DNA of 64,000 nt from Hypanus sabinus (lineage: Eukaryota): contig NC_082715.1 of the NCBI RefSeq assembly GCF_030144855.1, positions 117,614,001 through 117,678,000 of the forward strand, given 5' to 3'. Below are positions 27,450 through 39,500 of the stretch, one piece after another. The first letter of the stretch is position 1; each line of letters begins with the position of its first letter. The position numbers were made by a program, and so were the translations under genes. Below the pieces are notes generated by a model. That model was not told the origin of the DNA. It worked only from the letters and a program-made list of their open reading frames with translations, and made no database searches.

Positions 27450-29074
27450 TTATAGTTACTCAAGCTAAAGTCACCCAGACTGCCACTTCAGTTACCTACC
27501 CTGACTTATTCGACAGGAGGAGATATAGTTTATCACACTCCTAAGTAGGGTCCTCAGCATACTGACTCAAACTTTCATCTACACTTTTCAGATTCCTTCC
27601 CATCCAGGTCCTCAGCTATGGAGTTAGTCCAGTAAAAGTTAAATCCCCCACTAACAAAACTTATTATTCCTCCAACTATAATACAGTTCTACAAGAGTGT
27701 TTCTAAGTTCTACCCATGTGATTTCACTGCATAATTTCATTAATGCTATCTTTAAGTACTCTGTTTTCCTCCTTTTTCAAAAGGGTTACAGTGCTTTCCC
27801 CCTTACTGGTACTCCTGTCACATCTGTATACTGAATACTGAGCTGCCACTCCGGCCTTGTCCCAGCTATGTTGCTGTTTCCATTGTTAACATGCCAGCCC
27901 TGAGAACCAATCCATGTCCTAACATCATCCCTTACCTGTTGAACCTCCAGAAGTGAAATACTGTAAATCGCAGTAAGTATTCCTTTCCCTGCCTTTCTCA
28001 ATGACTGAACTTGCTCACTGGCTCTGCTTCATCCCATGACGCTCCTACTTGTAGTTCAACAGCTTCCCCCTCACCAATAAAACTTAAATCCTCTCCCCGA
28101 GTAGCGTTAACAAATTTCCCTGCAAGGATATTGGTGCCGCTTTGATTCAGGTGCAACCTTTTGACTTCTACAGGTTGTGTCTACACCCCGTAAAGTTGCC
28201 AGTAATCCAAGAAACGGAATCACTGCCCCCTGCACCAGTTCCTCCACCACAAGTTTAGCTGGCATATCTTGCTACTTCTGTCCTTTGCTAGTATATGATA
28301 CCAGTAGTTATCTAGAGATCACTACCTTAAATACCCTGTTTCGTAACTTCACACCTAACTCCCTATACTCCTTCTGCAGAACTCTCACCCCTTGTTGAAC
28401 CCATTATCATTTGGGCTAACATGTACAAACGCCTCCAGAATTTTCTACAGCCACTTAGAGGCATCTTGACTATGTCACCATGGAGGCAAAGCACCATCCT
28501 GGCGTCTCTTCCGCAGCTTCAGAATCTCTTGCCTGTCCTACTCACTACTGAGTCTCATGTCAGTATTGTTCCTGTCTGACTGTGACCTTTCCCTCTGAGC
28601 CTCAGAGCCAGTTACAGTGCCAAAAGACTTGACCACTGCACCAGCCTCTGTTGTTATCAACAATATCTGAGGGGACATGCATGCTAGTGAGGGGAATCCT
28701 TCACTGACTTCCGACTCCCCTAATTTTTCTTGATGGTCACCCATTTATCTGAAGCCTGAACCATGAATGCTGCCACTCAGTGAAATGCTCAGATATAAAA
28801 CTCTCAGCTTTCCGTTCCGATTACATCAAACTCCAGTTCCGCTTCCTTGACGCTGTCTGTCAGGCACTACACTGGTGTGCAATTCCCACAGTTGTACTCC
28901 TGAGGTTCCCTGACTTCACATCACGTAGGAGAAGTATTCCACTGCCCTAGCTACCTCCATCCTGCACTGAATCAAGTACCGATGATGAGCAGCAAAATCT
29001 GAATGAGACCTGAGTCCTTTCACCAAGGCCTCAACTCCCCATTCTCTGATCATCTGCTCCAAAAGGTGACTCCA
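27450..29074 (-). mobile_element. CR1 5' portion (5'UTR, ORF1, start of endonuclease), decayed
   Basis: Reverse-strand similarity to the ORF1/endonuclease segments at 3.7-4.7 kb and 9.8-10.9 kb. Confidence 0.65.
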
Positions 29075-29860
29075 CTTCTTCTTGTGAAGTTTAATGGCAG
29101 TTGGTAGACCAACACAAGGTACATTACTGCCGCTTACTGAGTTGGAGTGTGGAGCAAATTCTACCCACCATAAAACTCCAATAATATCAAGAAGTCTTTT
29201 GCTTTTCAGAAAGTCAAACTTGCACTTCTATACATTACAATGGCAGTGATATCCTAACAAACTTTCAATGTTAAACAGTGTCTGTCCCAAAGATCTCAAT
29301 TTAGGAATTAGAAGTTTCCTTTGCACCTCATAGGATCTGCACTCGAACAATATCGGCTGCACCTTTTCTTGACAAGTGCACTCCCCACAAATGCCTGTAA
29401 CATGCATATTAATGCTGAACATGGAATTATTTAACCTGGTATGTCCAGTACATAAACATGTAAGTATAACTTTCTCCCTCCTTTTAAACTCATCTCCCAG
29501 TTGAGTTCTTACCATCCTCTGATTTTATATAAATCCCATTCTTTCATTTCCTTATCCTAACTTTGTTGCCACAGTTATTGAATAGAATTTATTAATTATG
29601 GCTTTTACCTCGCCTTTATGCAAAGCCACCACTATTTTTATAGCCTTCATTTTAAGTGATTGCTTGGCAAGAGTGTCTGTCACCTCATTTCCTTCAACCC
29701 CAATATGGACAGGAGCCCGTGTGATATGTATACACAAGCCTAGACCCTGCAGCCTCAATGGCTGTCCAATCTCAAGAAGAATGTCTGGCCTACAATTTGA
29801 AGTACCCATCTTAATAGCTGTCAAGTCTGAAATCGAACCAGAGCACAGAAGTACATTTGG
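29075..29860 (-). mobile_element. 5'-truncated I/Nimb-clade LINE (RNase H + CCHC) inserted into XDH exon 34
   Basis: RNase H end APVHIGVEGNEVTDTLAK, then LCTGH and CGEC...ILFEC; 3' tail (AAG)3. Confidence 0.8.
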
Positions 29861-29963
29861 ATCTTGTAGGTGACTGGATTCCAGGTGTATGAACTCCATC
29901 CGATGAATACCATAACTCATCCAAAGTGAAGATGATGAGGCCCTGTGCAAAACATCCTTCCAC
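29859..29963 (-). pseudogene. XDH: XDH exon 34, 5' half, frameshifted and truncated by a LINE
   Basis: VEGCFAQGLIIFTLDELWYSSDGV/(frameshift)YTWNPVTYKI vs [36 protein letters not shown]. Preceded by a long polypyrimidine tract (purine run at 29965-30110 on +). Confidence 0.9.
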
Positions 29964-30909
29964 CTGCACCAGAGGGAAGAGGGAGAGAGAAAAAGATAAA
30001 GTGAGAGAATAAAGAAAAACAAAGAAAAACACCAAAGGATGAGAAATTGAATGAGGGAGAGGGAGAGAGAATGAGAAAGAGAGAAAGAAGGGAAAGGAAA
30101 GAAAAGAGAATCAGTTCAGCCAACTACCAGCAAACTGGCCTTTAACCCTTCATCTTCCCTCCTTTTGATTTAACAAGGGAGATGTTAAACTATCTACCTT
30201 CACTGGTTGATCCTGTGTTCATTCTTCAAGGTGGTCAGGTGATCTCTTCTCGAATTCTGCTATCCAGGGTTTATATATCTCTTAAGGAGCTTTCCTAGAA
30301 TTGATAGGTGGCTGGATAGGGGTGGCCAGCGGCAGCGCACATCCCAGTTCCTGGGTATAAAATTCAAACCCAACCTCAGACAGGCCAAGCTGATCTCAAC
30401 CCAATGTTCAAAGGTCAAAGTTCAAAGTAAAATTTACTATCAGAGTACATACAGGTCACCACGTACCCAAGTCCCTTGGCTTAATGTCTATAGTCAACCA
30501 AACACTGAATAGGTGCAAGTTCACTGCTCACAGCTATGCCTGCAGGCATTTCAAGGGGTTACTGAATATACTGTATTCCCAGAGAAAGGCTATTCGGTCC
30601 ATCTAATCCAGCAGATTTGCCCTGACCTGACCCAATTTGAGCCTGAATGTCTGACTCAGAATATATAACAGAACTGAACTCGGTGCCTTCCTACAGGTCT
30701 TAATTTAGGTGCAAAGTGAATTCCAAGAGTCAGATGTGACCATGATTGTTAACTCTCACTATTTTACAGAAGCAGTACCACATTGTGAAGTAGCTCATTG
30801 GCTGTAAGCTGACCTTCGACATGCTGAGATGCAGGAATCCCGGCCGACTTTCCCCACCACTCCTGTTAACACCAGGGCACTTATTCCTTGCGCAGCAAAG
30901 GAAGCTCAC

Positions 30910-30975
30910 CTGCCCAATGTCCAACGCCTGGTTCAGGCTCATGCTGACATCCAAGACAATGTCAGTGCAGAGATC
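30910..30975 (-). pseudogene. XDH: XDH exon 33 remnant
   Basis: 66 nt, AG and gtgagc intact. DLCTDIVLDVSMSLNQALDIGQ vs [22 protein letters not shown]. Confidence 0.92.
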
Positions 30976-31905
30976 CTGAAATCAAAGTACTCTGAGTGAC
31001 AAAGGGTTAGTTGAACTTGCCAGAAAGCTGCTTCACATGTTGCCAAGAAGCAGGACTGATTAAACACTAGTCCATGTGATTCACAGCTAAAGGAATGCCA
31101 CCCATGTTTCCACATGACATGGAACGGGACTCTTTGACCCTTTGCTCGCTCAAAGAGCAATCCCAGTTTCTCATTAGTTGATCCTTTGATCTATTCTCAT
31201 CAACTTCTCCCAAACTCTGCACTCACCTATATACTAGGGACAAAGAACCTGTCAATGCTTGATATGTGGGAAAAGACCAGAACACTCAGAACACTCCATG
31301 AATTATATTTTATTAACTGATTTATGGTAATATTTTGGTTTATGTGCTGTGTGATATATGCTTTGTGGATGCACCATGGTCCGTAGGAATGTTGTTTCAT
31401 TTGATTGGATCTATGTACAATCAGATGATAATAAACTTGAACCTGAATTTAGAAGAGTGAGAGCAGACTTGTCTAATTCTGAACTTCTTAATGGAGTGGA
31501 TGTGGAGAGGATGTTTCCCCCTCTGGGTGATTCTAAGGGTCACTTTTCTAAAACAAAATAGCTGACAATTGCTCTTAAAATGGTAGATAATGGTGGAGCA
31601 TACTCAATATGATGAGTGGCCTAATTCTGCTCCTATGACATGGTTTTATTGTCTTTTAGACAAAAGAGCAAAATATTTTCTCTCACAGGATTGCGAAAGT
31701 TTGGAACTCTTCTCTAAAATGCAGTGGAAGTTAAGTCTTTGAATTTTTTAAGGCAAAGATAGGTGGATATTTGATAAGCAAGAGGTTATAAAACTAATGA
31801 AGGAGACAGGAATGCGGAGGTTTTAATCAGATTAGACGTGATTTTATTAAAAAGTAAAGCAGGTTCAAGGGCTTGAGAGGTTCACTCCTGTTCCAATGTT
31901 TTTAC

Positions 31906-32020
31906 CTTGTGATCCCCAGTGAGACAGACAACTTCAACTTCAGAATAAACCACACCATAACTGAAGCCAGGGTAGAGCTTTCCTTTGTTTTCACTCTAGT
32001 TATGGTTCAGATCCCAAGTC
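31906..32020 (-). pseudogene. XDH: XDH exon 32 remnant with stop
   Basis: 115 nt. TWDLNHN*SENKGKLYPGFSYGVVYSEVEVVCLTGDHK vs [38 protein letters not shown]. TAG at 31996-31998. Confidence 0.92.
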
Positions 32021-32042
32021 CTGGCCAGAGAATAGCCAGCAT

Positions 32043-32200
32043 AAAAATAAAAACAGAAAATGCTGGCAGAACTCAGCAGGCCAGACAGCATCTATGGGAG
32101 GAGGTAGACTACCATAGATGCTGTCTGGCCTGCTGAGTTCTGCCAGCATTTTGTGTTTTCATTTATTTCCAGCATTTGCAGATTTACTCGTGTTGCTTTT
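32043..32200. mobile_element. Palindromic Penelope terminal-repeat mini-element with ~13-bp TSD, next to the XDH exon 32 acceptor
   Basis: TSD GAATAGCCAGCAT / GAATAGCCCGCAT (32030-32042 / 32201-32213); hairpin arms. Confidence 0.82.
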
Positions 32201-32645
32201 GAATAGCCCGCATCATCAGTTTATCCAATGATGAACTTTTATTTACAGCATAATCCCAAACATTTTTTTTTTGTGGTCCAAAGTGAACAACTCAGTCTTC
32301 AGAGTTCAAAGTTCAAAGTATATTTAATATCAAAGTAAGTGTAATCTGAGATTTATCCTTTTGCAGGTTGTCACAAAACAAATGCCATGGAACCCATTTA
32401 AGAAAATGTCAAAAACATAACAGGTGAAAAAAGAACAAATAGTGCAAATGGCAAAAAGCAAGGACTTTCCTGCAAACCCATTGCCACCTTCCTCTCTCAA
32501 TCAATTTAGTTCATTGTGTTAATTACTGCTAATGTTTCAATTTAACACAAGATTTATTTGTCAAATGTCCTGTTTTCCTGCTCTGTTTATCTCAGGGCCA
32601 ATCTAGCTGTGAATCCACAGATTGTGACTGGATTTATAGGTTTAG

Positions 32646-32697
32646 CTATAAGATTCCACTCATGACAAACTAATCTTTTCCTGTAGGTGGCAGAAAC
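32646..32697 (-). pseudogene. XDH: XDH exon 31 remnant
   Basis: Acceptor ctcttctctcAG. VSATYR..ISLS..G..Y with indels vs VTAAYMDTVSLSATGFYR. Donor GT mutated to CT. Confidence 0.7.
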
Positions 32698-33585
32698 CTG
32701 AGAGAAGAGCAGGATGGACAGTTAGTGATTGCTCACGTGTGCCTAACGCTGAGGCCAGCCATACATCATACTGATGTCTTGTAGCTGCAATGACCCAGGT
32801 TCAGTTCTGACCTCCAGTGCTGCCTGAGTGTAAATTGCAAGGACAGTATGCAATTTCTCTGGATCCATGGTTTCTTCCCATACCACAAAAATACTTTGGT
32901 TAGTTGTGTAATTGGCCACTCCAGGTGGATAACAGGAGAATCAGGAGGAGTTATGGATGGGGATATAAAAGAGAATGGGTTATTGGAAAGTGAGTGGGAG
33001 AATGGGAATCATGGATTGCTGGGACAGATGTAACAATCTCATTGGGCCGAATTGCCTGAAGTGCAATTTGAAATTCTTTAGAAGGGGAAAATTAAATTTA
33101 AAAAAAAGAGCAATATAAAGGATCTTTCATGCATTGACAGGGGTAATGTGAAAGCATCTTCCTGTGGGAGAATCTAGACCCAGCAATACCTTTTAAAAGT
33201 AAGAGACTAGTTGTTTAAAACAGAGATGAGTGACATTTTTAGGTCATTAAATGTTAGATTCTCTGCTTTAAGAGTGGTTGATGCAGTATTTTGAATGATT
33301 TTAAAGTAGATAGATCCCCAAAGAGCAGAGGTTAAAGATTACTGTAGGTCAGAGTTTAGTCAATGTTGTGGCAAGTTTGAGGGGCTGAATGGCTTACTCC
33401 TGTTCCTAATCCACATGCAATAGAAAATAACCAAGGCCAACAGGAACGTAACTCTTAGGCCCCAGCTCAGCAAATGGAAGCTGGTTCAGATGAATGTGAG
33501 AAGTTCTGCAGACGCTGGAAATCCAAAGCAACGCCCTCAAAATGCTGGAGGAACTCAGCAGGTCAGGCTGTATCTAAGGAGATGA

Positions 33586-33895
33586 TTAGTTAAAAAAGTT
33601 AAAGTCTGTCCTGAGTCTTATAGGCTCATCGGGACAGTGCTTACACCGGTTTCCGTGGCGTGAAGCGACTGAGAGTACGAGACTCACCACCCCCCACCCT
33701 CAGATAGGACACCAGTCTATCGTGAGGTTAACCCCCAGCATTATGTCCCTACCCATTTTCAGCTGGGTGGATTGGAGCAATGTGTGGTTAAGTGCCTTGC
33801 TCAAGGACACAACATGCTGCCTCAGCTGGGGCTCGAACTTATGACCTTCAGATCACTAGTCTAGCAGCTTAACCACTTGGCCACGCACCACACAT
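33586..33895 (-). mobile_element. tRNA-derived SINE inserted into a Penelope repeat
   Basis: A box TGGCCAAGTGG, B box GTTCGAGCC, body TCCTTGAGCAAGGCACTTAAC, 8-bp TSD GGAGATGA (33578-33585 / 33896-33903). Confidence 0.88.
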
Positions 33896-34388
33896 GGAGA
33901 TGAAAAAGCAGCCAATATTTCAGACAATACCCTTCTTCAGGACTGGAATGGAAGGGGAAAGATGCCAGACTAAAAAGTCTGGAGGAGAATAGGGATAGCT
34001 AGAAGGTGCTGGGGGAGTACATAATCAAAGAGTTAAAGAGTAGCATTTCAGTACTGGAAAGGAAGCGGGAATATGCCAGAATAAGCATTGACCAAGCATT
34101 TCTGGAGGAAATCACTTGATTTCAATACAAAACATTCAGTAAAACAACATGAAGTGCTCACTCTCTCCTGACCCACAGAAACTCCTAAAACAGCAACAAA
34201 AAATGCTGCAAGTTCTCAGCAAGTCAGGCTGCATCTGCTGAGTACTTCCAGCATTTTGATTTTATTTTACATTTGCAGTTTCTGCAGCTTCTCAGTTACA
34301 TCAAAGATCCTGATCTGCTGTCCCTGCAGGAGCGATAGGTGCTGGGAATGAAGTGAAACTTCAAAGCAACGGGCCTCATTGCTCTTAC

Positions 34389-34455
34389 CCATTGCTCCCA
34401 GGTTCCTGTCACACTGGCAGACTTAAACAGTTCTAAACTTTCTCAAAGTGTCTGA
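34389..34455 (-). pseudogene. XDH: XDH exon 30 remnant
   Basis: QTL*ESLELFKSASVTGTWEQW|gtaaga vs [23 protein letters not shown]. In-frame stop and eroded 5' end. Confidence 0.8.
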
Positions 34456-34499
34456 AACGGTAAAGGCAGTACGTATATTTTTATTATTTGAATTCTAAC

Positions 34500-34627
34500 C
34501 TTAATCGCATTCCATTCAGTTCACAGCTGGGTGAGGCTGCTGTTGGACTTGTGTGGGGAATGGTGTTGGTGCTTGTCTGACTGATGTGATTCTGGGAAAC
34601 TGGAATTCCCCACACTTTACAGACAAC
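34500..34627 (-). pseudogene. XDH: XDH exon 29 remnant (Moco domain)
   Basis: VVCKVWGIPVSQNHISQTSTNTIPHTSPTAASPSCELNGM vs [40 protein letters not shown]. Acceptor reads CAA instead of CAG; 1-nt deletion near the 3' end. Confidence 0.9.
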
Positions 34628-35399
34628 TTGGATAAAGAAGAACATTAGAACATAGAATGGTGCAACACAGTAACAGGTCCTTTGGCCCATGATCCTGTGC
34701 CAAACCAATTAAACTAATGACTCATAATCCCTTCGATCTGCACGTGATCCATTTCCTTCCATTCTCTGCAAGTTCATATGCCCACCTTTTACACATCTCT
34801 ATTATAGCTGCCTTATGCAGCACTGCTGACAGCACATCCCAGGCACCCAACACTCTTGCCTTGCATAGTCCCGTGAACTTTACCCCTCACCTTAAAAGTT
34901 TAAGGTACGTTTATCATCAAAGTATGTACAGATTATACAATCTTGAGATTTGTCTCCTTACAGGCAACTACAAAACAAAGACACCCAAAATTACCCATTA
35001 AAAAACAGACCGTCAAATACCCAATGTGCAGAGAGGAAACTATTCTTTGGACATACAATAAAAGTAAGCAAATGGCATTTAGAATGAAAGTGAGTCCTCA
35101 GACAGGGAAACCAAGCATTCCACGGTGTCAGCTTCTGTTCAGCGCAGAGACAAGTCAGCGTATCAGAGCCCACAGACACGCAGTGTGGCGTAGCCAGAGT
35201 AGGCCAAGGTATCAACCTCAGTTCAGGTCAGAGGGGAAAAAGTACCGCGGAGCCCACAGACATGAAGTCCGGAGTAGCTGGAGTAGGTCACAGCCTTAAT
35301 CTCAGTGCAGCACGGAACGAGTAAACATTGTGGGGTGGTGATTAGAGCCAGCCCGACTCTTGCCTCCGGTCCTGACACCCTGGCCTTTGCATCCAGAAA

Positions 35400-36510
35400 A
35401 TATAGTTTCAAATGCATTTCAATGCAATGAATAATATGCCAACTATCTACCCTCTGTATGCCTGTCATAATTAATAACTTGCGCAGGTGCCTACTCAGCC
35501 TCCACTGCTCCTACATCCTGTCTCTAAGAATCTTCCCCAATCATTTGTCCAACACTGAAGTAAGACTCACTGACCCATAAATCCCAGGATGTTCCCCACT
35601 TGAACAAAGGAATAACATTTACCACCTTCCAGTCATCCGGTACAACTTCTGTGGCTATTGGGGATGCAAATACCATAACTCCTCCTCCACTTTCCATGGT
35701 AACCTGGGGAATATCCCATCTGATCCCAGAGGACCTATCTATTGTAATGTTTTTCAGAAGTTCCAGCATAGCCTTTCTTAGCATCAACACGTTCAAGCAT
35801 ATCAGCCTGTTTTGCACCGTCCTCACAAATGGCAAGTTCCCTCTCTCTGGTGAATACTGAAGCAAACTATACATTATGGACTTTCCTTTCCCACTCCAAA
35901 CCCAGGCATATGTTACCTCTACTTTCCTTGATCAGTTCCTACCCTCACTCTTGCCATCCTCCTGTTCATCAAAACATATAGAATGGTTTTCCTTAATCCT
36001 ACTTGCCAAGGCCTTCTCATGTTCCCTTCTAGCTCTCCTAAGTCCATTCTCCAGTTCCTCCCTGGCTACCTTGTAATTCTCTAATGTTCTGTCTGATCCT
36101 TGTTTTCAAACCTTATCTAAGCTTCCTTCTTCCTCTTCTACATCTCTTGTCAACTATGGTTTCTTCAGCCTAGCATCCTTCCCTGCCTCAGTGGGACAAA
36201 CCTACCCAGAACACCATGAAAGTTCTTCCTAGACAACCACCACATTTTTGTTGTGCATTTCCCAAAGGACATCTGTTCCCAGTTTACACTTTCAAGTTCC
36301 TGCCCAGTAGCATCAAAATTCCCCTTCTGTCTGCTCCTATCCTTTTCCTAGGTTGTGGTAAAAGTCAGGGAGTTGTGGTTGATGTCTCTAAAGTACTCTC
36401 TCACGGACAGATCTCTCACCTGACCTGGTTTGTTAACTAGCAGCAGATCCAGCACAGCCTCTAGTCAGCCTGTCTATTTATTGTGTCAGGAATCCTTCTT
36501 GGGCACACCT
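35400..36510 (-). mobile_element. CR1 ORF2 fragment
   Basis: VPDDWKVVNVIPLFK motif. Confidence 0.8.
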
Positions 36511-36519
36511 AAGACTGTT

Positions 36520-39500
36520 CAGCTCAGTAATCTACCTGAATCTTGTTGGTCTTCTGGAATCAATGGAATCAAAAAAAAGTATCCATTTCACCTCATGTGG
36601 CTGAATTGAAGAGAATGTCCAAGCATTATCAGTTCAGTGAAAGGCTTACTGATGCACTGAGAGATTGTTTGGTTTGTAGATTCTTACAAGAAAGCATTCA
36701 AAAATAGCTCGTAACTGAAGCACAGCTCACATTTAAAAGAGCCGTTGAAATTGCTGTCTCAATGGAAACTGCAGACAGAAACACAACTGAGATGGAGTCA
36801 GGAATGAAAGTGAATGTGAAAAATATTGCCACAGCTAAACAGAAACCATCTTGGCCAAACAAATTGCGTTACTGTTGTGGCAGGGGCTCACATACACTAG
36901 ACCAATACAGGCTGAAAGATGAAACTTGCAGAAAATGCAAAGTAGGACACATAGAAAGGGTTACTTAGACAGATAAAAACAAATGGACTGCATGGGGAAA
37001 AACAACAGTTAGAAGTCAAGTTGCAGTTCAAAACAGAGCAATGATCTGCATGCTGCTGATGAAAAATCTGATAATGATGAGAGTAACACAGGATTGGGTA
37101 GCTTACAGCAGATGTGAAAGGCAAGTTAATTAAAATGGCTCGACTGTTTCAGTTATTCCACAAAATGAGTTGAAGTGGCATTTCAAATAAACTGAACACA
37201 AGTCTGCAGATACCAAACTAAGAACTTATGATAAAACTCCTGGGGGAATGACATTTTTACATTGAAATACAACAACCGACAAGCTACATTGGGTTTATAG
37301 GTGAAAAACCAGGAGGACCAGCATTGTGGGGTTGTGATTGGCTGAGACAACTACAACTTGATTGGAGATCCATCCCACATCCCCAGGAACCCAAGCATAT
37401 CAAGGGTAAAATAATGTGAAATGAAAATGCCACACCCACATTTTACAAAGCCCATTTGGTTCGTTATATCATCTGCGATAAAGTCGCAAGTGAGCTTGAT
37501 TCCATGGAGGCTGAAGAAATTCTTTCCAACACTGATTGGAGCCCATGGGCAAAGCCAGTTGTCCCAGTAACCACAAAGAATGGGTCTGTGGTGATGTTAA
37601 GGTCACCGGCAATCCAGTACTGAAGGCAGATCACTATCTTCTGCCCAGGTTAAAGGATATCTTTGCAAACCTTTCTGGAGAGAAACACTTCAGCAAAGTG
37701 GACTTAGCTGAGGCTACCTACAGATGGAGATACAAGAAGAGTCCAAAGTGTTCCCTGCCATAAATACTCACAAAGGGCTTTATTGCAATAATAGGCTAAT
37801 TTGTGGAGTAGCATCTGCATCTACACTCTGGCAGAAAGCTTTGGACCAGGTGCTGAAAGGCTGCCCAGGCACTAAATGTTACCTGGATGACTTCATTGTT
37901 ACCAGTGAGGAGGACAAGAAACATCTTGAAACTCTTAAGACTGTGTTAAAAATATTAGAAGATTATGGGCTCAGAGCACATTGTAACAGATGTGAATCCT
38001 TTAAACCAAGTATCAGTTACTGTGGTCACAACTTTGATGCTCAAGTATTACACAAGTGTGCTATGAAAATTCAAGCAGGGTGGATGCTCTAAGACCAAAG
38101 GACATATCACAGTTGCAATCTTTTTCAGAATTTGTCAATTACTATAACAGGTTCCTGCCAAACCTGGCTACTGTTCTTCACCCCTTGAACTCATTACTAC
38201 AGATTGGGAAGAATTGGCAATGGACAGAGATTTGTGAGGTGGCTTTCAAAAAGGTAATGGAAATGATGATGTCAGACCCTGTACTCACATAATATGATCT
38301 ACATTGCTCAGCATAGCTTGTCTATGATGCCTGGCCTTATGGTACAGGTGCAGTCATGCCCCAAGTTATGAGTGATGGAAGTCAATGCCCCCTAGCATTT
38401 GCAACACATTCCCTTTTTGTGACAGAGAAAAATTACAAATGGATTGACAGAGGGCTTTCAATCTGGTTTGGATTGTAAAACATTTTAACCAGTACTTCTA
38501 TGGGAGAGAGTTAACCCTCATTACTGATCATCAACTACTAGTGTTCATTTTCAATCCACAGAAGTGTGTTCCAACAAGAGCAGCAGCACAAATGCAGAGA
38601 CAGGCTCTGTGTCTTGGAGGATAAAATCAATCTCAAGAGGACATCTGATCATGGAAATGCTGATTGATTGTCCCATTTACCCTTGGAAATGGAAATGCCT
38701 GAAAAATTTATAAAAGAGGATACATATAAATTTATAAAAGAGGACGCATACATACAAGGGGCTTGGACCTGGTGGGAAAGTGTTGAACAACGACATCTAT
38801 CTTGGAATGTTCTGTGGCAGATGGAACTGCTCTGCATTTCTTTTCTATACAGGGCAGTGAATGACCTGCTCCCAACACCTGCCAACCTCAGCACCTGGTA
38901 TGAAGATAAGACAGAGAGGTGTGCTGCTTGTAGTGAGAAGGGAACACTTCAACATATTTTGAGTGCATGCAGAGTCAACCTTTCCAGCGGCATGTACACT
39001 TGGAGACATAACAACGTTCTCAAACTTGTAACAGAAGCGGTCGAGCAGAGAGTACAGCAGCACAACTTATCTCATGCCCCACGCAGCAGAGAACATTGCA
39101 TATCATTTGTGAAAGTAGGCTCCAAGCCAAGGGTGCACAGCGCAGGCCCACGATCAAGCATACTTTCTTCAGCCAATGATTTGTGTGTCAAGGCTGACCT
39201 GGATGGGAAAGGCAGTTTCCTGGAGCAAATAGTTTTCACCACATTGCGTCCAGATATAATCGTCTGGTCTGACATCAGGAGAGAAGCGGTTATTGGTGAA
39301 CTCACAGTTCCCTGGAAAGACAACATCGATGAAGCCCATGAGCGCAAGCTAACCAAGTATGCAGAGTTAAGATCAGAGTGCAGAGACAGAGAGTGGAAGG
39401 TTTCATGCTATCTATTCGAAATAGGTTGCTGTGGCTTTATTGCGTTCACTTTCCAGAAGTGGCTGCGTGACCTTGGCTTCACTAGAAGAGAGATCAAGTC

